Part shown: one piece after another, positions 17,955-27,480 of the stretch
Layout: each line of letters starts with the position of its first letter
Numbering within the stretch: the stretch's first letter is position 1
DNA from: Promethearchaeum syntrophicum
GTDB taxonomy: Archaea; Asgardarchaeota; Lokiarchaeia; Sigyniarchaeales; Promethearchaeaceae
DNA length: 32,000 nucleotides
Assembly (NCBI RefSeq): GCF_008000775.2
Contig: NZ_CP042905.2
Coordinates: 3,000,001-3,032,000, forward strand
Direction: 5' to 3'
Translations under genes and position numbers: made by a program
Notes under the pieces: model-generated
What the model saw: only the letters and a program-made list of their open reading frames with translations
Databases searched by the model: none
Told to the model about the DNA's origin: nothing

Positions 17955-18698
17955 CTATACGAATATTCTCACTAAATAACCCCCACCAGTCTCTTCTTTC
18001 ATCACAATCTCATATTTCATTTTCGATTCTAATACAATTTTTGCAAGTGAATCTGGATCTACATGAAGTATTTTAAAATAATTGCCTTTTAATCCTTTAT
18101 ATTCCATCTGTAAGCGAATTTCTCCAAGATAACTCCCCTCCTCTTGATTTTTCTTCTGATACGCCAGATGAATAGGTTTTGTAGTAACACGTAGATCTGA
18201 GCTATCAAAGATAATATTACCATTTTGGTTTAATTGAGATTTGCAGTGCATTAAGAATTTCTTTAGCCCATTTAAATTTTCAACAAATCCGATGGAACGT
18301 CCTAAAAGGAGAATGGTATCAAAATTTTCTTTATGCAAATCACAAAAATCGTAATAGGACATACATTCAACATTTTTTAACCCCCTTTCCTTCATGATAT
18401 CACATGCATGGGTCGAAATATCAATAGAATGTACCTTTAATCCCCTTTTTTGAAGTTCTAGGCTATGAGGTCCGACCCCAGCTCCAATATCCAGGGTTTT
18501 ACCTTTACATAATTTTAGTGCTTCTTTCTCAAATAATGAAAAATCTGAAGGGTTTCGAAAATAATATTCCACTGGATGCTTATCTTTTGATCCATCATCC
18601 CGATTCATAAATAAATCTCCAACTTCTTTACCCAGAAAATAATCCGCTAGAGCTAACCCAAAAGGTTCCATCGCTTTAATTAATGAATTTTTCTGCAT
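17955..18698 (-). CDS. class I SAM-dependent methyltransferase
   Basis: Motif I TLDIGAGVGPHSLEL, the acidic loop VHSIDIS, and motif-III-like FDTILLLG. Confidence 0.8.
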   Translation of the reverse strand: MQKNSLIKAMEPFGLALADYFLGKEVGDLFMNRDDGSKDKHPVEYYFRNPSDFSLFEKEALKLCKGKTLDIGAGVGPHSLELQKRGLKVHSIDISTHACDIMKERGLKNVECMSYYDFCDLHKENFDTILLLGRSIGFVENLNGLKKFLMHCKSQLNQNGNIIFDSSDLRVTTKPIHLAYQKKNQEEGSYLGEIRLQMEYKGLKGNYFKILHVDPDSLAKIVLESKMKYEIVMKEETGGGYLVRIFV

Positions 18699-18830
18699 GC
18701 TAATAAAGAATTATACTGACATTATTAATTTACTCAATTTTTGTTAATTTTGTCTATATTTGTAATTTCTTACCGAAAATGTTATTAACTAAAGAAAAAA
18801 CAATTAAGCCTCTACAAAAAAGATATTAAT

Positions 18831-20159
18831 ATGGGAGAAAAAGAAGGGGTTAACCTAACCTCTAATCAGCAAACGTTTAAACATTATATCTTGTTTTGGA
18901 TCGGCCAGTTATTTTCACTTTTTGGATCATCAGTTGTGACTTTTGTTTTGGTCTATTGGATCACAATAGAATATCAAAGCGCAATCATTTTATCATTAGC
19001 AGTTTTTTTTGCTCTAATCCCACAAATTAGTGTTACCCTTTTTGCAGGAGTTTTTATTGATCGCTTAGATCGAAAAAAAATAATTATTTTCGCAGACTTA
19101 TTCCAAGCAATTACAACCCTAATTCTGATCATCATTTTTTATTTTAATTTGGCATCAATTTGGGTCGTAATTTCTTTAATGATCCTTCGAAGTTTTTTTC
19201 AAGCCATCCATCAACCCGCTGTCGCGGCAATTATTCCCGTAATGATCCCAAAAGAAAAACTATCCAGAATGAACGCAATAAACTTGTTAATCTCAAGTGC
19301 AGTTAATACTATCGCTCCGATAATTACAGGTATACTAATTCTATTTTGGGATTTCCAAACGCTACTTTGGATCGATATTGGAACTTTCCTTCTTGCAATA
19401 ATACCCGCAATTTTAATAACGATTCCTTCAGTAAGAAAAGAACAAAAAACAAAGACCAATGAAAAAATCTCTTTTAAAAAAGAATTAAAAGAAGGATACC
19501 ATGCAATAATGCATATTAAAGGAATGTTGGCATTTTTTGCATTAGCTGTAATTCTTAATTTTCTAGGAAGCCCAAGTCATGTTCTTCGTTCGTACTTTAT
19601 ATTGATATTCCATGAAGGAAATATACAAATGTTATCATATATATCAGCCGCAATGCAGATCGGAATGTTATGTGGCAGTTTGCTTATTTTATTGAGAAAA
19701 CAATGGAAAAGAAAAAGTGCGATGATAATAATTGCTTATTTTATTTCATGTATTGGTTATTTATTATCTTCTTGGGCACCTATTGGTAATTTTCTTTTAA
19801 TCATGGTTGGGTTATTTCTGTTTGCATTTGGAATCCCAATAGTAAACAGTCTTTATTTAACAATTCTTCAGGAAACTATCCCACTTGATATGCAAGGGCG
19901 AGTTAATTCTGTTGATTTTGCACTCTCTTTATCGATCATGCCCATTGCTAGCCTTATTTCAGGTCCTATCGTAGAATGGATAGGAATCAGATATTTCTAT
20001 GTGATCTTATCTACATTATCTCTCATTATTTTAACAATTACCGTGATTTTTACTGATCTTCGATATATGGACAAGGGAATTGTTAATAAAGAAAATTTAT
20101 ATAATTTAAAAGAAGTAAAAGAAGACTCGATTATAAACCTGACTGACAACCACATTTAA
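18831..20159 (+). CDS. MFS transporter (EntS/Mef-like drug:H+ antiporter type)
   Basis: About 12 hydrophobic helices and the loop 2-3 motif GVFIDRLDRKKII typical of this MFS subfamily. Confidence 0.8.
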   Translation: MGEKEGVNLTSNQQTFKHYILFWIGQLFSLFGSSVVTFVLVYWITIEYQSAIILSLAVFFALIPQISVTLFAGVFIDRLDRKKIIIFADLFQAITTLILIIIFYFNLASIWVVISLMILRSFFQAIHQPAVAAIIPVMIPKEKLSRMNAINLLISSAVNTIAPIITGILILFWDFQTLLWIDIGTFLLAIIPAILITIPSVRKEQKTKTNEKISFKKELKEGYHAIMHIKGMLAFFALAVILNFLGSPSHVLRSYFILIFHEGNIQMLSYISAAMQIGMLCGSLLILLRKQWKRKSAMIIIAYFISCIGYLLSSWAPIGNFLLIMVGLFLFAFGIPIVNSLYLTILQETIPLDMQGRVNSVDFALSLSIMPIASLISGPIVEWIGIRYFYVILSTLSLIILTITVIFTDLRYMDKGIVNKENLYNLKEVKEDSIINLTDNHI

Positions 20160-20477
20160 TGTTCAATAATAACAAGAAAAATAATTTAAGTCAGTTTGAC
20201 GACTTGATTATTACCCCAAAACTCCCATATTTTAAAATTTATGGGTGCTATGAATGCTCTCCTAAAGAAATTTTGATAAAAAAGAGATTGAAAGTTGTGC
20301 ATCCAAGTTTGATCAATAAAGGTTGAAATTAAGAAAATTGATATAACTAAGTGTTTCTTCAAAAGAAATTGAATCTATGAATATATTTAAAAAACCGAAT
20401 AAAAGTTCTACTAAAAATGTCTTTTTTGAAAATATCATGAAAAGATTTTTAGGTTTAAACGCTAATACTAAATTTCA

Positions 20478-22334
20478 ATGGCGTTTGATTCAGAAAATGG
20501 CCTTCCTTTTCTTGCTACTGCATTGTTGACTAGCGTTGGGTTGTTGATGCTTATAGTTTCGCTTTTAAAAGGAAACAAAAGAATTAAACGTTGGATAATA
20601 CCTGTAATCATTCACAATATTTCTCTCTATGTGCAATTCGTAGATAATTCATTTTTTGAAGATAAGTATACCGTTATTCACCTTATCATATCTGGGATAG
20701 GTTTAATATCCTTAATCATAATAGCGATTATAGAATATAACGAGGAATTTCCTCTAAATCACGCGATTGAACGAAAAAGAATTCTGCAATATATTTTTTA
20801 TTCACTTACTTCAATTCTCGTATATATTCTTCTTTTACACCTAATCTTTAATACATCAGAAAAACTCTATACATTTTTTTATTATATCCTTGCTATTGGA
20901 ATTTTATTCTCAATTTTTTTGCTTTTAAGAATTTATAAAAAAAAAAAAAGAACACCAACTCATATGAGCATAGTTATTATCCTTGTGATAATAGAAGTAG
21001 ATCTAATTTTATATATAATTACAGATTTTACGACGACCGATTTATATCCATTTCTTCGTGTTTTTGATGCCGGAATAGGAATTGGGATGTTATTTTTTGC
21101 TTTTATCGCATCGGTCGAAAATCAATTATTAGAGATCTATGAAAAAGAAAGGTTGCAAAATAAATTATTAAGGCGAACTCAAGATAAAATCATTTCCCAA
21201 ACTCAATTAAGTTCTATTCAGATTATTTCAGGAGGGTTTGCTCATGATTTTAATAATATTCTCACTTCAATCATTGGAAATATAAGTTTAATTGAAGATT
21301 ACCCAATATTTCAAGGAGAAGGAAAGGAATTCATCATTGATCTTAAATCAGCATCATCTCAAGCAAAAAATATGGTAAATCAGCTTTTGGTATTTTCTAA
21401 GGGAGAGGAATTTTTAAATAAGGAAATCATCACCTTTAAAGAAATATTGAAAATTACCACTGATTTTACATTACGAGGGAGAAAATCAAAACCTATATAT
21501 GATATTGATAAAAATTTATGGGCTATATATGGAGATCCAATCCGAATAAGTCAAATCATTCAGAATTTGGTGATTAATGCTGATCAATCCATGCCAGAAG
21601 GAGGTATAATTGAGCTGAATGCACAAAATGTGGAAATCGAGGATAATAATCAGTTCAATTTACAACCTGGAAAATATCTTCTATTTCAGATAAAAGATTC
21701 TGGTGTCGGAATTCCTTCCAATATTCAAGAAAAAATCTTTACTCCATTTTTTACTACCAAACCAGAAGGACAGGGATTTGGATTAAGCATATGTAAGAAA
21801 ATTGTAGAAGATCATCAAGGTTATATAAATTTCAAGACAACAGTTGACAAAGGTTCGATTTTTTATTTTTATACGCCTGCAAAAATGAATAGTACAATAT
21901 TAAATGTGAAACATGAACAACTAAAAGATAAGTTTTCAGGTTTTGGGTTAATTTTAGACGATAATATCTTGGTTTTACGTGTTATTGAAAGCATGCTTAA
22001 GAATTTGGGAATCAAAGCAATTACATCTTCTGAAAGTACAACATTTCTTTCAACATATGAAGATCTGCTTAAGAAAAAGATAAACGTTGATATTCTAATT
22101 GTAGATCTAACTTTACCAGGTGATATCGGAGGAAAGCAATTAATTAATGATATTCGAAGATTCAATCCAGAAGCTTACGTGGTTGTTTCAAGCGGATATT
22201 CTAATGATTTTGTATTACAAAATTATCAAGATTACGGATTTAATGATTTACTTAGGAAACCTTATGATAAGAATGAATTAATAAAGGTATTAGAGAAAGC
22301 TTTCAAAAATAAAAACCCTAACCCAAATATTTAA
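20478..22334 (+). CDS. membrane-bound hybrid sensor histidine kinase with a C-terminal receiver domain
   Basis: Multi-TM N-terminus; H-box GGFAHDFNNILTSIIG; N/G boxes QNLVINADQSMPEGG, DSGVGIP, FFTTKPEGQGFGLSICKKIV. The REC domain reads LILDDN...ILIVDLTLPG...LRKPYD. Confidence 0.85.
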   Translation: MAFDSENGLPFLATALLTSVGLLMLIVSLLKGNKRIKRWIIPVIIHNISLYVQFVDNSFFEDKYTVIHLIISGIGLISLIIIAIIEYNEEFPLNHAIERKRILQYIFYSLTSILVYILLLHLIFNTSEKLYTFFYYILAIGILFSIFLLLRIYKKKKRTPTHMSIVIILVIIEVDLILYIITDFTTTDLYPFLRVFDAGIGIGMLFFAFIASVENQLLEIYEKERLQNKLLRRTQDKIISQTQLSSIQIISGGFAHDFNNILTSIIGNISLIEDYPIFQGEGKEFIIDLKSASSQAKNMVNQLLVFSKGEEFLNKEIITFKEILKITTDFTLRGRKSKPIYDIDKNLWAIYGDPIRISQIIQNLVINADQSMPEGGIIELNAQNVEIEDNNQFNLQPGKYLLFQIKDSGVGIPSNIQEKIFTPFFTTKPEGQGFGLSICKKIVEDHQGYINFKTTVDKGSIFYFYTPAKMNSTILNVKHEQLKDKFSGFGLILDDNILVLRVIESMLKNLGIKAITSSESTTFLSTYEDLLKKKINVDILIVDLTLPGDIGGKQLINDIRRFNPEAYVVVSSGYSNDFVLQNYQDYGFNDLLRKPYDKNELIKVLEKAFKNKNPNPNI

Positions 22335-22568
22335 CCACGCCAGTTAGAGATAATTCAAATAATCTGATGGAAATACTCGTATTTATTTTTCTTTTTACCA
22401 TATGTTTCATATGATTCTATCAAATCAGATAGGTCACAATGGATCATACGGACAATGCATATGTAATAATTCGACCAATTATTACTCAGGATGAAATTTT
22501 TGTAAGAAAAGATTATTATTCATATTTACCTAAGAAAATTCATCCTTTAGTGAAAAGGTGTAAAAATT

Positions 22569-23351
22569 ATGATATTGCAATTAGGAATTGGTGGTTGGAT
22601 AGGCATAGTAGCGGGAGTTATTATATTTGCTTGCTGCGTTATTGCCTCAGGGCTTAAAATTGCCCTTGAATATGAACGACTTGTAATCTTCCGACTCGGG
22701 AGATATGCTAGAACAATCGGTCCGGGTATAGTTTTTATATTTCCAATACTAGAATCTGCTAAAAAGGTAGATCTACGGATTATTACGCAAGATATACCCC
22801 GACAAGAAGTTATGACTAAAGATAACATCCCAGTATTGGCAAATACTGTCGTTTATTTTAAAGTTGAGAACCCTGAAGATGCTGTAATTAAAATCGAGAA
22901 TTATGTCTACGCTGTGCGCCAGTATACCCAAGCCGCGTTACGTGACACTTTCGGAACAATGGAATTGGATGAAGTTCTCGGTGAACGTGATAAAATTGCA
23001 CAAGATATTCGCAAAATCGTTGATGCAGAGACATCAGATTGGGGAATTGACATCAAAGGGATAAAGATTCAAGAAATGGAACTACCGGCTGAGATGAAAC
23101 GTGCATTTGCAAAACAAGCAGAAGCAGAACGTGATAAGCGTGCAGCGATTATCAAAGCTGAAGGTGAATACTTAGCCGCGAAACGATTAACTGAAGCAGC
23201 AGCCCTAATGTCCGCAGAACCAGCAGCAATTCAACTTCGAACATTACAAACCATTCGTGATATTAGTAAAGATCCATCTGAGAAAGTTGTTATCTTTATG
23301 CCAAGTGGTTTGAGTAAGGTCGATGATTTAATTAAAACGATAAAACCTTAA
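22569..23351 (+). CDS. SPFH/band-7 family protein (stomatin/prohibitin-like)
   Basis: N-terminal TM hairpin followed by EYERLVIFRLGRY...ITQDIPRQEVMTKDNIPV...AVRQYTQAALRDTFG...AEAERDKRAAIIKAEGE. Confidence 0.9.
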   Translation: MILQLGIGGWIGIVAGVIIFACCVIASGLKIALEYERLVIFRLGRYARTIGPGIVFIFPILESAKKVDLRIITQDIPRQEVMTKDNIPVLANTVVYFKVENPEDAVIKIENYVYAVRQYTQAALRDTFGTMELDEVLGERDKIAQDIRKIVDAETSDWGIDIKGIKIQEMELPAEMKRAFAKQAEAERDKRAAIIKAEGEYLAAKRLTEAAALMSAEPAAIQLRTLQTIRDISKDPSEKVVIFMPSGLSKVDDLIKTIKP

Positions 23352-23367
23352 GGACGGGGATAAGCTA

Positions 23368-24039
23368 TTGAGTTTGAAATCCGGACTGCGTTATACGCAA
23401 ATAGCTTTTAATGGTTCTATACGACAAGTGAGAAGAATATTACCTCAAATACGCTATGACCCTCGAATTATCATAGAAGCCGGTACGCCTTTCGTAAAGC
23501 GCGAAGGAATGGCTGGAGTTCGTTTTATAAGGAGAATGTGGCGAGGGATTGTGGTAGCAGATTTAAAGATCACTGATGGTGCTCGAGAAGAGGTAATGTT
23601 TGCGGCAAATGCTGGAGCAACAGCTGTTACAGTCATGGGATCATCTCCAATCGAAACATTAGACATATTCTGTGATACATGTGCTAGGTTAAATATATAT
23701 TCGCAAATAGATATGCTTGGAGTTGAAAATCCATTAAGAACTATAATGAAAATGAGGATTCCACCTGATTTTGTTGTAATCCATAAAGGTCGTGATGAGG
23801 AATCCAATACCCGAAACATAATTCGATATAAAGATATTGGGAAGGTTCGGTCGAAATTTGAAACGAAAATCAGTGTAGCAGGAGGATTGACGCTTGATGG
23901 TGTTCGCAGCGCTTTTTTCAATGGTGCAGATGTGGCAATTTTGAACATTGTCAGTGCTTCGGATCCAAATGAGGGATTATTGGAGTCTTCAAACTTTAGG
24001 CAACTGATTCCTATGATATTGAGTGAAGTCGGAAGTTAA
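23368..24039 (+). CDS. 3-hexulose-6-phosphate synthase-like protein (OMP decarboxylase / KGPDC superfamily)
   Basis: IIIEAGTPF, VVADLKITDGA (DxKxxD), VIHKGRDEE and SVAGGL are colinear with HPS. The position of the first conserved Asp (QVAxD) reads QIAFN. The start is a TTG. Confidence 0.65.
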   Translation: MSLKSGLRYTQIAFNGSIRQVRRILPQIRYDPRIIIEAGTPFVKREGMAGVRFIRRMWRGIVVADLKITDGAREEVMFAANAGATAVTVMGSSPIETLDIFCDTCARLNIYSQIDMLGVENPLRTIMKMRIPPDFVVIHKGRDEESNTRNIIRYKDIGKVRSKFETKISVAGGLTLDGVRSAFFNGADVAILNIVSASDPNEGLLESSNFRQLIPMILSEVGS

Positions 24040-24066
24040 TTTTGTAAAAAGTAACAATAATATGCC

Positions 24067-24078
24067 TTTTTTTTTTTT
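24067..24078 (+). terminator. oligo-T (T12) terminator after the HPS-like gene
   Basis: A T12 run lies 28 nt after the stop codon at 24039. An A6 run at about 24095-24100 could serve the converging minus-strand kinase gene. Confidence 0.45.
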
Positions 24079-24110
24079 ATTAAATTTTTTTCAATCAAAA
24101 AATATTCCAA

Positions 24111-25874
24111 TTAGTTACATTGATTAGGATTTAGTGCCATTGATAAAGTACTGGCTAAATCTATAATGGTATAAGGTTTATGCAAAAAGAAAACCATGAT
24201 TTCATAATCATTTCTTTCTTTAATTTCAGGTATCTCATATCCACTAGAAAGTATAATTTTAACATTAGGATTAATTTTTTGTAAAATAGTTGTGCATTCT
24301 TGACCTCCTATTCCACCAGGAATAGTGCAATCTAAAATTAATAGATCATAGGGTTTACCAATTTTATAAGATTTTTCGTATTTATCACAAGCTTCTGAAC
24401 CAGTTTTCGACATATCAACGGTAAAACTAATTTTTTTTAGCATTTGCTCCAGAGTTCTTAAAATTGCAACATCGTCGTCCATTATCAGAATTCTTTTTCC
24501 TGAAAAATTTGGTATTTTTTTATCAGGTACGATCTCGTTTTTCGAAGTTCCTGGAATTGCTGGTAATATAACCATAAATTTTGTTCCTTGACCGACCTGT
24601 GATTTTACTTCGATATACCCCAAATGATTTAAGACAATCATCTTGGATATATACAAACCTAACCCAGTCCCCTCTTTTTTGGTTGTGAAAAATGCTTCAA
24701 ATACGGATTTTAACTTATTTTCAGATATCCCAACTCCCGTATCTTGAAAAATAATTTTTAAATAATCTCCTGGTTGTAAATTAAATTCATTACCTCTTGA
24801 ACATGTACTATTTTCCAGATAGATATCTAAATGACCCCCTTCTTGCATTGCTTGAATTGCATTAATCACTAGATTTTGGATAACTTGAGAAATTTGACTT
24901 TTATCCCCTTTAATCCCATATAAATTCTCTTGAATGTGAATTTTTGGTTTAATGTTACTCCCTCGTGAAGAAAATCTAACCACGTCTTTTATTAATTCTT
25001 CGAAGTTCTGAATATTTTCAATTTTAGGCTGGTGACTCTTTGAAAAATTTTGTAGTTGAGTAGTTAAGAGCTTTGCACGGATGGAGGCTTTTTCGGCTTC
25101 TTCAATTAATAATTTTGTATCTGCGGGAATTTCAAAATCATTAATGAAATCAGTATTAAGTAAACTTAAAACTCCCAATATGCTAGTAAGAAGATTATTG
25201 AAGTCATGAGCAATTCCTCCAGCCAATGTTTGTAAAGAAATGAGTTTTTCTTGGTCGATTAATTTCTTTTGTGTTTGTTTTAAAATTTCAAATTGTTCTT
25301 GTTGTTTTTTTATAAGTGCATTGATGATATAATGCAAGATCATTGAAATTATAAAGGCTACTAAAATATTCGGTATTAAATCTGTTAAAGTATTTGCATA
25401 ATATACACCTGAATCAGGATCAATCGGTTGCCCCCAAGTAAATTTTTCGGTGATGATCCCAATGGTAATTCCAATTATATCGATTAAAAATAGGAGGATT
25501 GAGAAAAGGGGGGTTTTTGTAAGGATTCCTGATATTATTAGAATCAATGAAAGAAATGTGAACATATATGCGGAAAATATCTCCAATCCTCTAAAAATAA
25601 ACATAAAATTCAAACCTAAAATTAAAATATATGAACTGAGATTATATTTACCCAATTTTAATAAAATGAACGAAATTAATGCTATGAGAAAAACAATTAG
25701 GGAAAAAAAACTAAATGTTTCTTCGTTAAGATAAATAATAATCGTGATAAGAAAGGTTGCAACTATTAGAATAGTTAGAAAACTTTTAATTATTAATTCT
25801 CTTACCCATTCTATAGTAATTTTCTCTTCCTCATTAAATTTCCATGTTTTTAGTTTAGGGAATAATCTCTTCAT
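24111..25874 (-). CDS. membrane-bound hybrid sensor histidine kinase with a C-terminal receiver domain (paralog of 20478-22334)
   Basis: Multi-TM N-terminus; GGIAHDFNNLLTSILG; QNLVINAIQAMQEGG; DTGVGIS; FFTTKKEGTGLGLYISKMIV. The REC domain reads ILIMDDD...LLILDCTIPGG...LHKPYT. Confidence 0.85.
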   Translation of the reverse strand: MKRLFPKLKTWKFNEEEKITIEWVRELIIKSFLTILIVATFLITIIIYLNEETFSFFSLIVFLIALISFILLKLGKYNLSSYILILGLNFMFIFRGLEIFSAYMFTFLSLILIISGILTKTPLFSILLFLIDIIGITIGIITEKFTWGQPIDPDSGVYYANTLTDLIPNILVAFIISMILHYIINALIKKQQEQFEILKQTQKKLIDQEKLISLQTLAGGIAHDFNNLLTSILGVLSLLNTDFINDFEIPADTKLLIEEAEKASIRAKLLTTQLQNFSKSHQPKIENIQNFEELIKDVVRFSSRGSNIKPKIHIQENLYGIKGDKSQISQVIQNLVINAIQAMQEGGHLDIYLENSTCSRGNEFNLQPGDYLKIIFQDTGVGISENKLKSVFEAFFTTKKEGTGLGLYISKMIVLNHLGYIEVKSQVGQGTKFMVILPAIPGTSKNEIVPDKKIPNFSGKRILIMDDDVAILRTLEQMLKKISFTVDMSKTGSEACDKYEKSYKIGKPYDLLILDCTIPGGIGGQECTTILQKINPNVKIILSSGYEIPEIKERNDYEIMVFFLHKPYTIIDLASTLSMALNPNQCN

Positions 25875-25977
25875 AATGAATCAAGATTTAGGGTTTTATT
25901 TCTACAATTGAATGTCAGTGTTATATTTTTTTTCTTGCCTTAATGGTTTTGTCGGATTGTAATGAAAATGAGAATTA

Positions 25978-26523
25978 TCACTTTTCGTTTTTTTTCCCCA
26001 ATTGCATAGAAAAATGATTCCATCTTAAGTAGATATACGAAACTATGAGCAGATGAACAACCCAACATCCCAAAATTCCAAAATAGAAGACAATTTTACC
26101 AAGAATAAGACCGAGAAAAAAGCTAAAAATTATAAAAATCAATCCCAGAGCATTGTTTTTACTCAGGATAAGAATATGGATATGGTAAATCCCAAAAATT
26201 CCAGCAGAAATAAGAATTGTAAAAAATGGAGTAAAATAACTTAATAAAAAATTAAAAATAATCCCGCGGAACAGAAGTTCTTCAAAAAGGAGGGTTATGG
26301 GAAATAAAAAATATAACGAGTATTTATGGTTTCCTTTAAGCGCGGTAATGAAAGATACAGAGGAGATATCGATTCTACCTTTTGAAATAAAAATGTGAGT
26401 AAAAACTTCAGCAATGATAAGAAGAACTAAAATTCCCCCCACTAAAATCGAACTTTCGATATAGAAATCCAAACCATCACTAACTAGTGGATAATTCTCC
26501 AATCCAACCCAAAAAGGTCGCAA
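25978..26523 (-). CDS. CPBP family intramembrane glutamic endopeptidase (CAAX protease / Abi family)
   Basis: Polytopic membrane protein with the EExxxR motif (FEELLFRGIIF) and the FxxxH motif (FGIYHIH). The start is a TTG. Confidence 0.75.
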   Translation of the reverse strand: MRPFWVGLENYPLVSDGLDFYIESSILVGGILVLLIIAEVFTHIFISKGRIDISSVSFITALKGNHKYSLYFLFPITLLFEELLFRGIIFNFLLSYFTPFFTILISAGIFGIYHIHILILSKNNALGLIFIIFSFFLGLILGKIVFYFGILGCWVVHLLIVSYIYLRWNHFSMQLGKKNEK

Positions 26524-26672
26524 TGGATCAAAAATAAAAAAAAAAATGATTAGAACGATGGCTAAAAATGGAATTGTTAAACCTTTAAATCTGTCAATTC
26601 GTGATTTTGATGATGGAATTGATGGAGATTTTAAAGGACGCTCTGAGTTTATTTTGATTCACCTGATTTATC

Positions 26673-27431
26673 TTAAATTTCTCGAATTTTTATTTTCTTT
26701 TTTAATGACTCAGAAAATGAATAATTCAGTAGTTTTTGATTTCTTAAAATAAATTTACTCCCAATTCCTTTAAATCCTTCTATAATTCCAGTTATATTCT
26801 TAGGTTTTCCATTTTTTGAATAATTTACTTTAGCTTCCGAAATAGCATGCAGTGCAAAGAAAGGATTTCCTAAAACATCCAAAAATCGTTGAGCTTTTTT
26901 ATCCCCAACATCTACTAATCCCTCAAGGAAATATTTTTGATCCTCGGCCGAAATCTCTTCTTTTAAGGATTCTTGATCAATATTGGGAATGATTTCGGGT
27001 AAAAATCCGTTAGATTGCTCTAATTTTGCAATTTCAACTATTATTTTAGCAGTTTCAAGAGCATTTTTTGTAGGGATAACTGGAATATTCATTTTATACG
27101 TTGCATATATTAAAGCCCCATAAATTGAACTTTCCTTAACAAATTTTCTGGAAAAAGTTTTTTCTAGAGATTCAATAATTAATATTGGGAATTGAAAAAC
27201 ATTCTTTAATTTGGATAGCTGTTGGAAAAACCGAGTATCAAAAATTGAAGAAACTAAGTCATCCCCCCTCTTTCGTTCAATTGCACAACGCGAAGATAAA
27301 ATGTAATCACCGAAATCAAGAGTTTCAATACGAATATCACATTCTAAATCATCAAAAGCTCTTCTAATTTCTCCTCGTTCCCGTTCATCAATAATAATTT
27401 TTGGGGGCGAATCAGAGATTTTATTGTTCAT
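26673..27431 (-). CDS. xpf: short-form archaeal XPF: ERCC4 nuclease domain + (HhH)2
   Basis: Complete ERCC4 signature IIIDERERGE...LDFGDYILSSRCAIERKRGDDL, then two HhH motifs (VGDKKAQRFLDVLG; FKGIGSKFILRN). It is colinear with crenarchaeal short XPF as I recall it. Confidence 0.85.
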   Translation of the reverse strand: MNNKISDSPPKIIIDERERGEIRRAFDDLECDIRIETLDFGDYILSSRCAIERKRGDDLVSSIFDTRFFQQLSKLKNVFQFPILIIESLEKTFSRKFVKESSIYGALIYATYKMNIPVIPTKNALETAKIIVEIAKLEQSNGFLPEIIPNIDQESLKEEISAEDQKYFLEGLVDVGDKKAQRFLDVLGNPFFALHAISEAKVNYSKNGKPKNITGIIEGFKGIGSKFILRNQKLLNYSFSESLKKKIKIREI

Positions 27432-27480
27432 TAAAAAATTGCACCCTAAACATTTATTTGCTGTATAATTAAAATCATTT

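Noticed and set aside
20159-20326. A 55-aa ORF (MFNNNKKNNLSQFDDLIITPKLPYFKIYGCYECSPKEILIKKRLKVVHPSLINKG) whose ATG overlaps the MFS stop codon (TAATG).
   Set aside because: The overlap suggests coupling, but there is no SD motif, no recognisable motif and only two Cys. It cannot be supported without conservation data.
20937-20949. An A13 homopolymer inside the histidine kinase CDS (encoding KKKK), considered as a slipped-strand phase-variation or frameshift site.
   Set aside because: A-runs of 9-10 nt occur in several other CDSs in this window (for example around 8705, 27705 and 29585). They simply encode Lys in an AT-rich genome. There is no evidence of an alternative frame product.
22439-22657. 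A 72-aa ORF upstream of and overlapping the stomatin start, considered as a possible short NfeD partner.
   Set aside because: It has no TM helices and no NfeD OB-fold-like pattern. It overlaps the stomatin start by 89 nt in another frame.
23454-23948. A 164-aa ORF antisense to the HPS-like gene.
   Set aside because: It is a shadow ORF inside a locally GC-richer, well-supported sense gene, and its product has no recognisable motifs. The same reasoning applies to the antisense or alternative-frame ORFs at 2157-2516, 7106-7294, 13712-13969, 19211-19459, 21869-22165, 22547-22828, 25450-25734, 26053-26244 and 27185-27367.
26546-26752. A 68-aa +strand ORF between the CPBP and XPF genes.
   Set aside because: It overlaps the 3' end of the XPF gene by about 80 nt and has no motifs. 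It is probably spurious.
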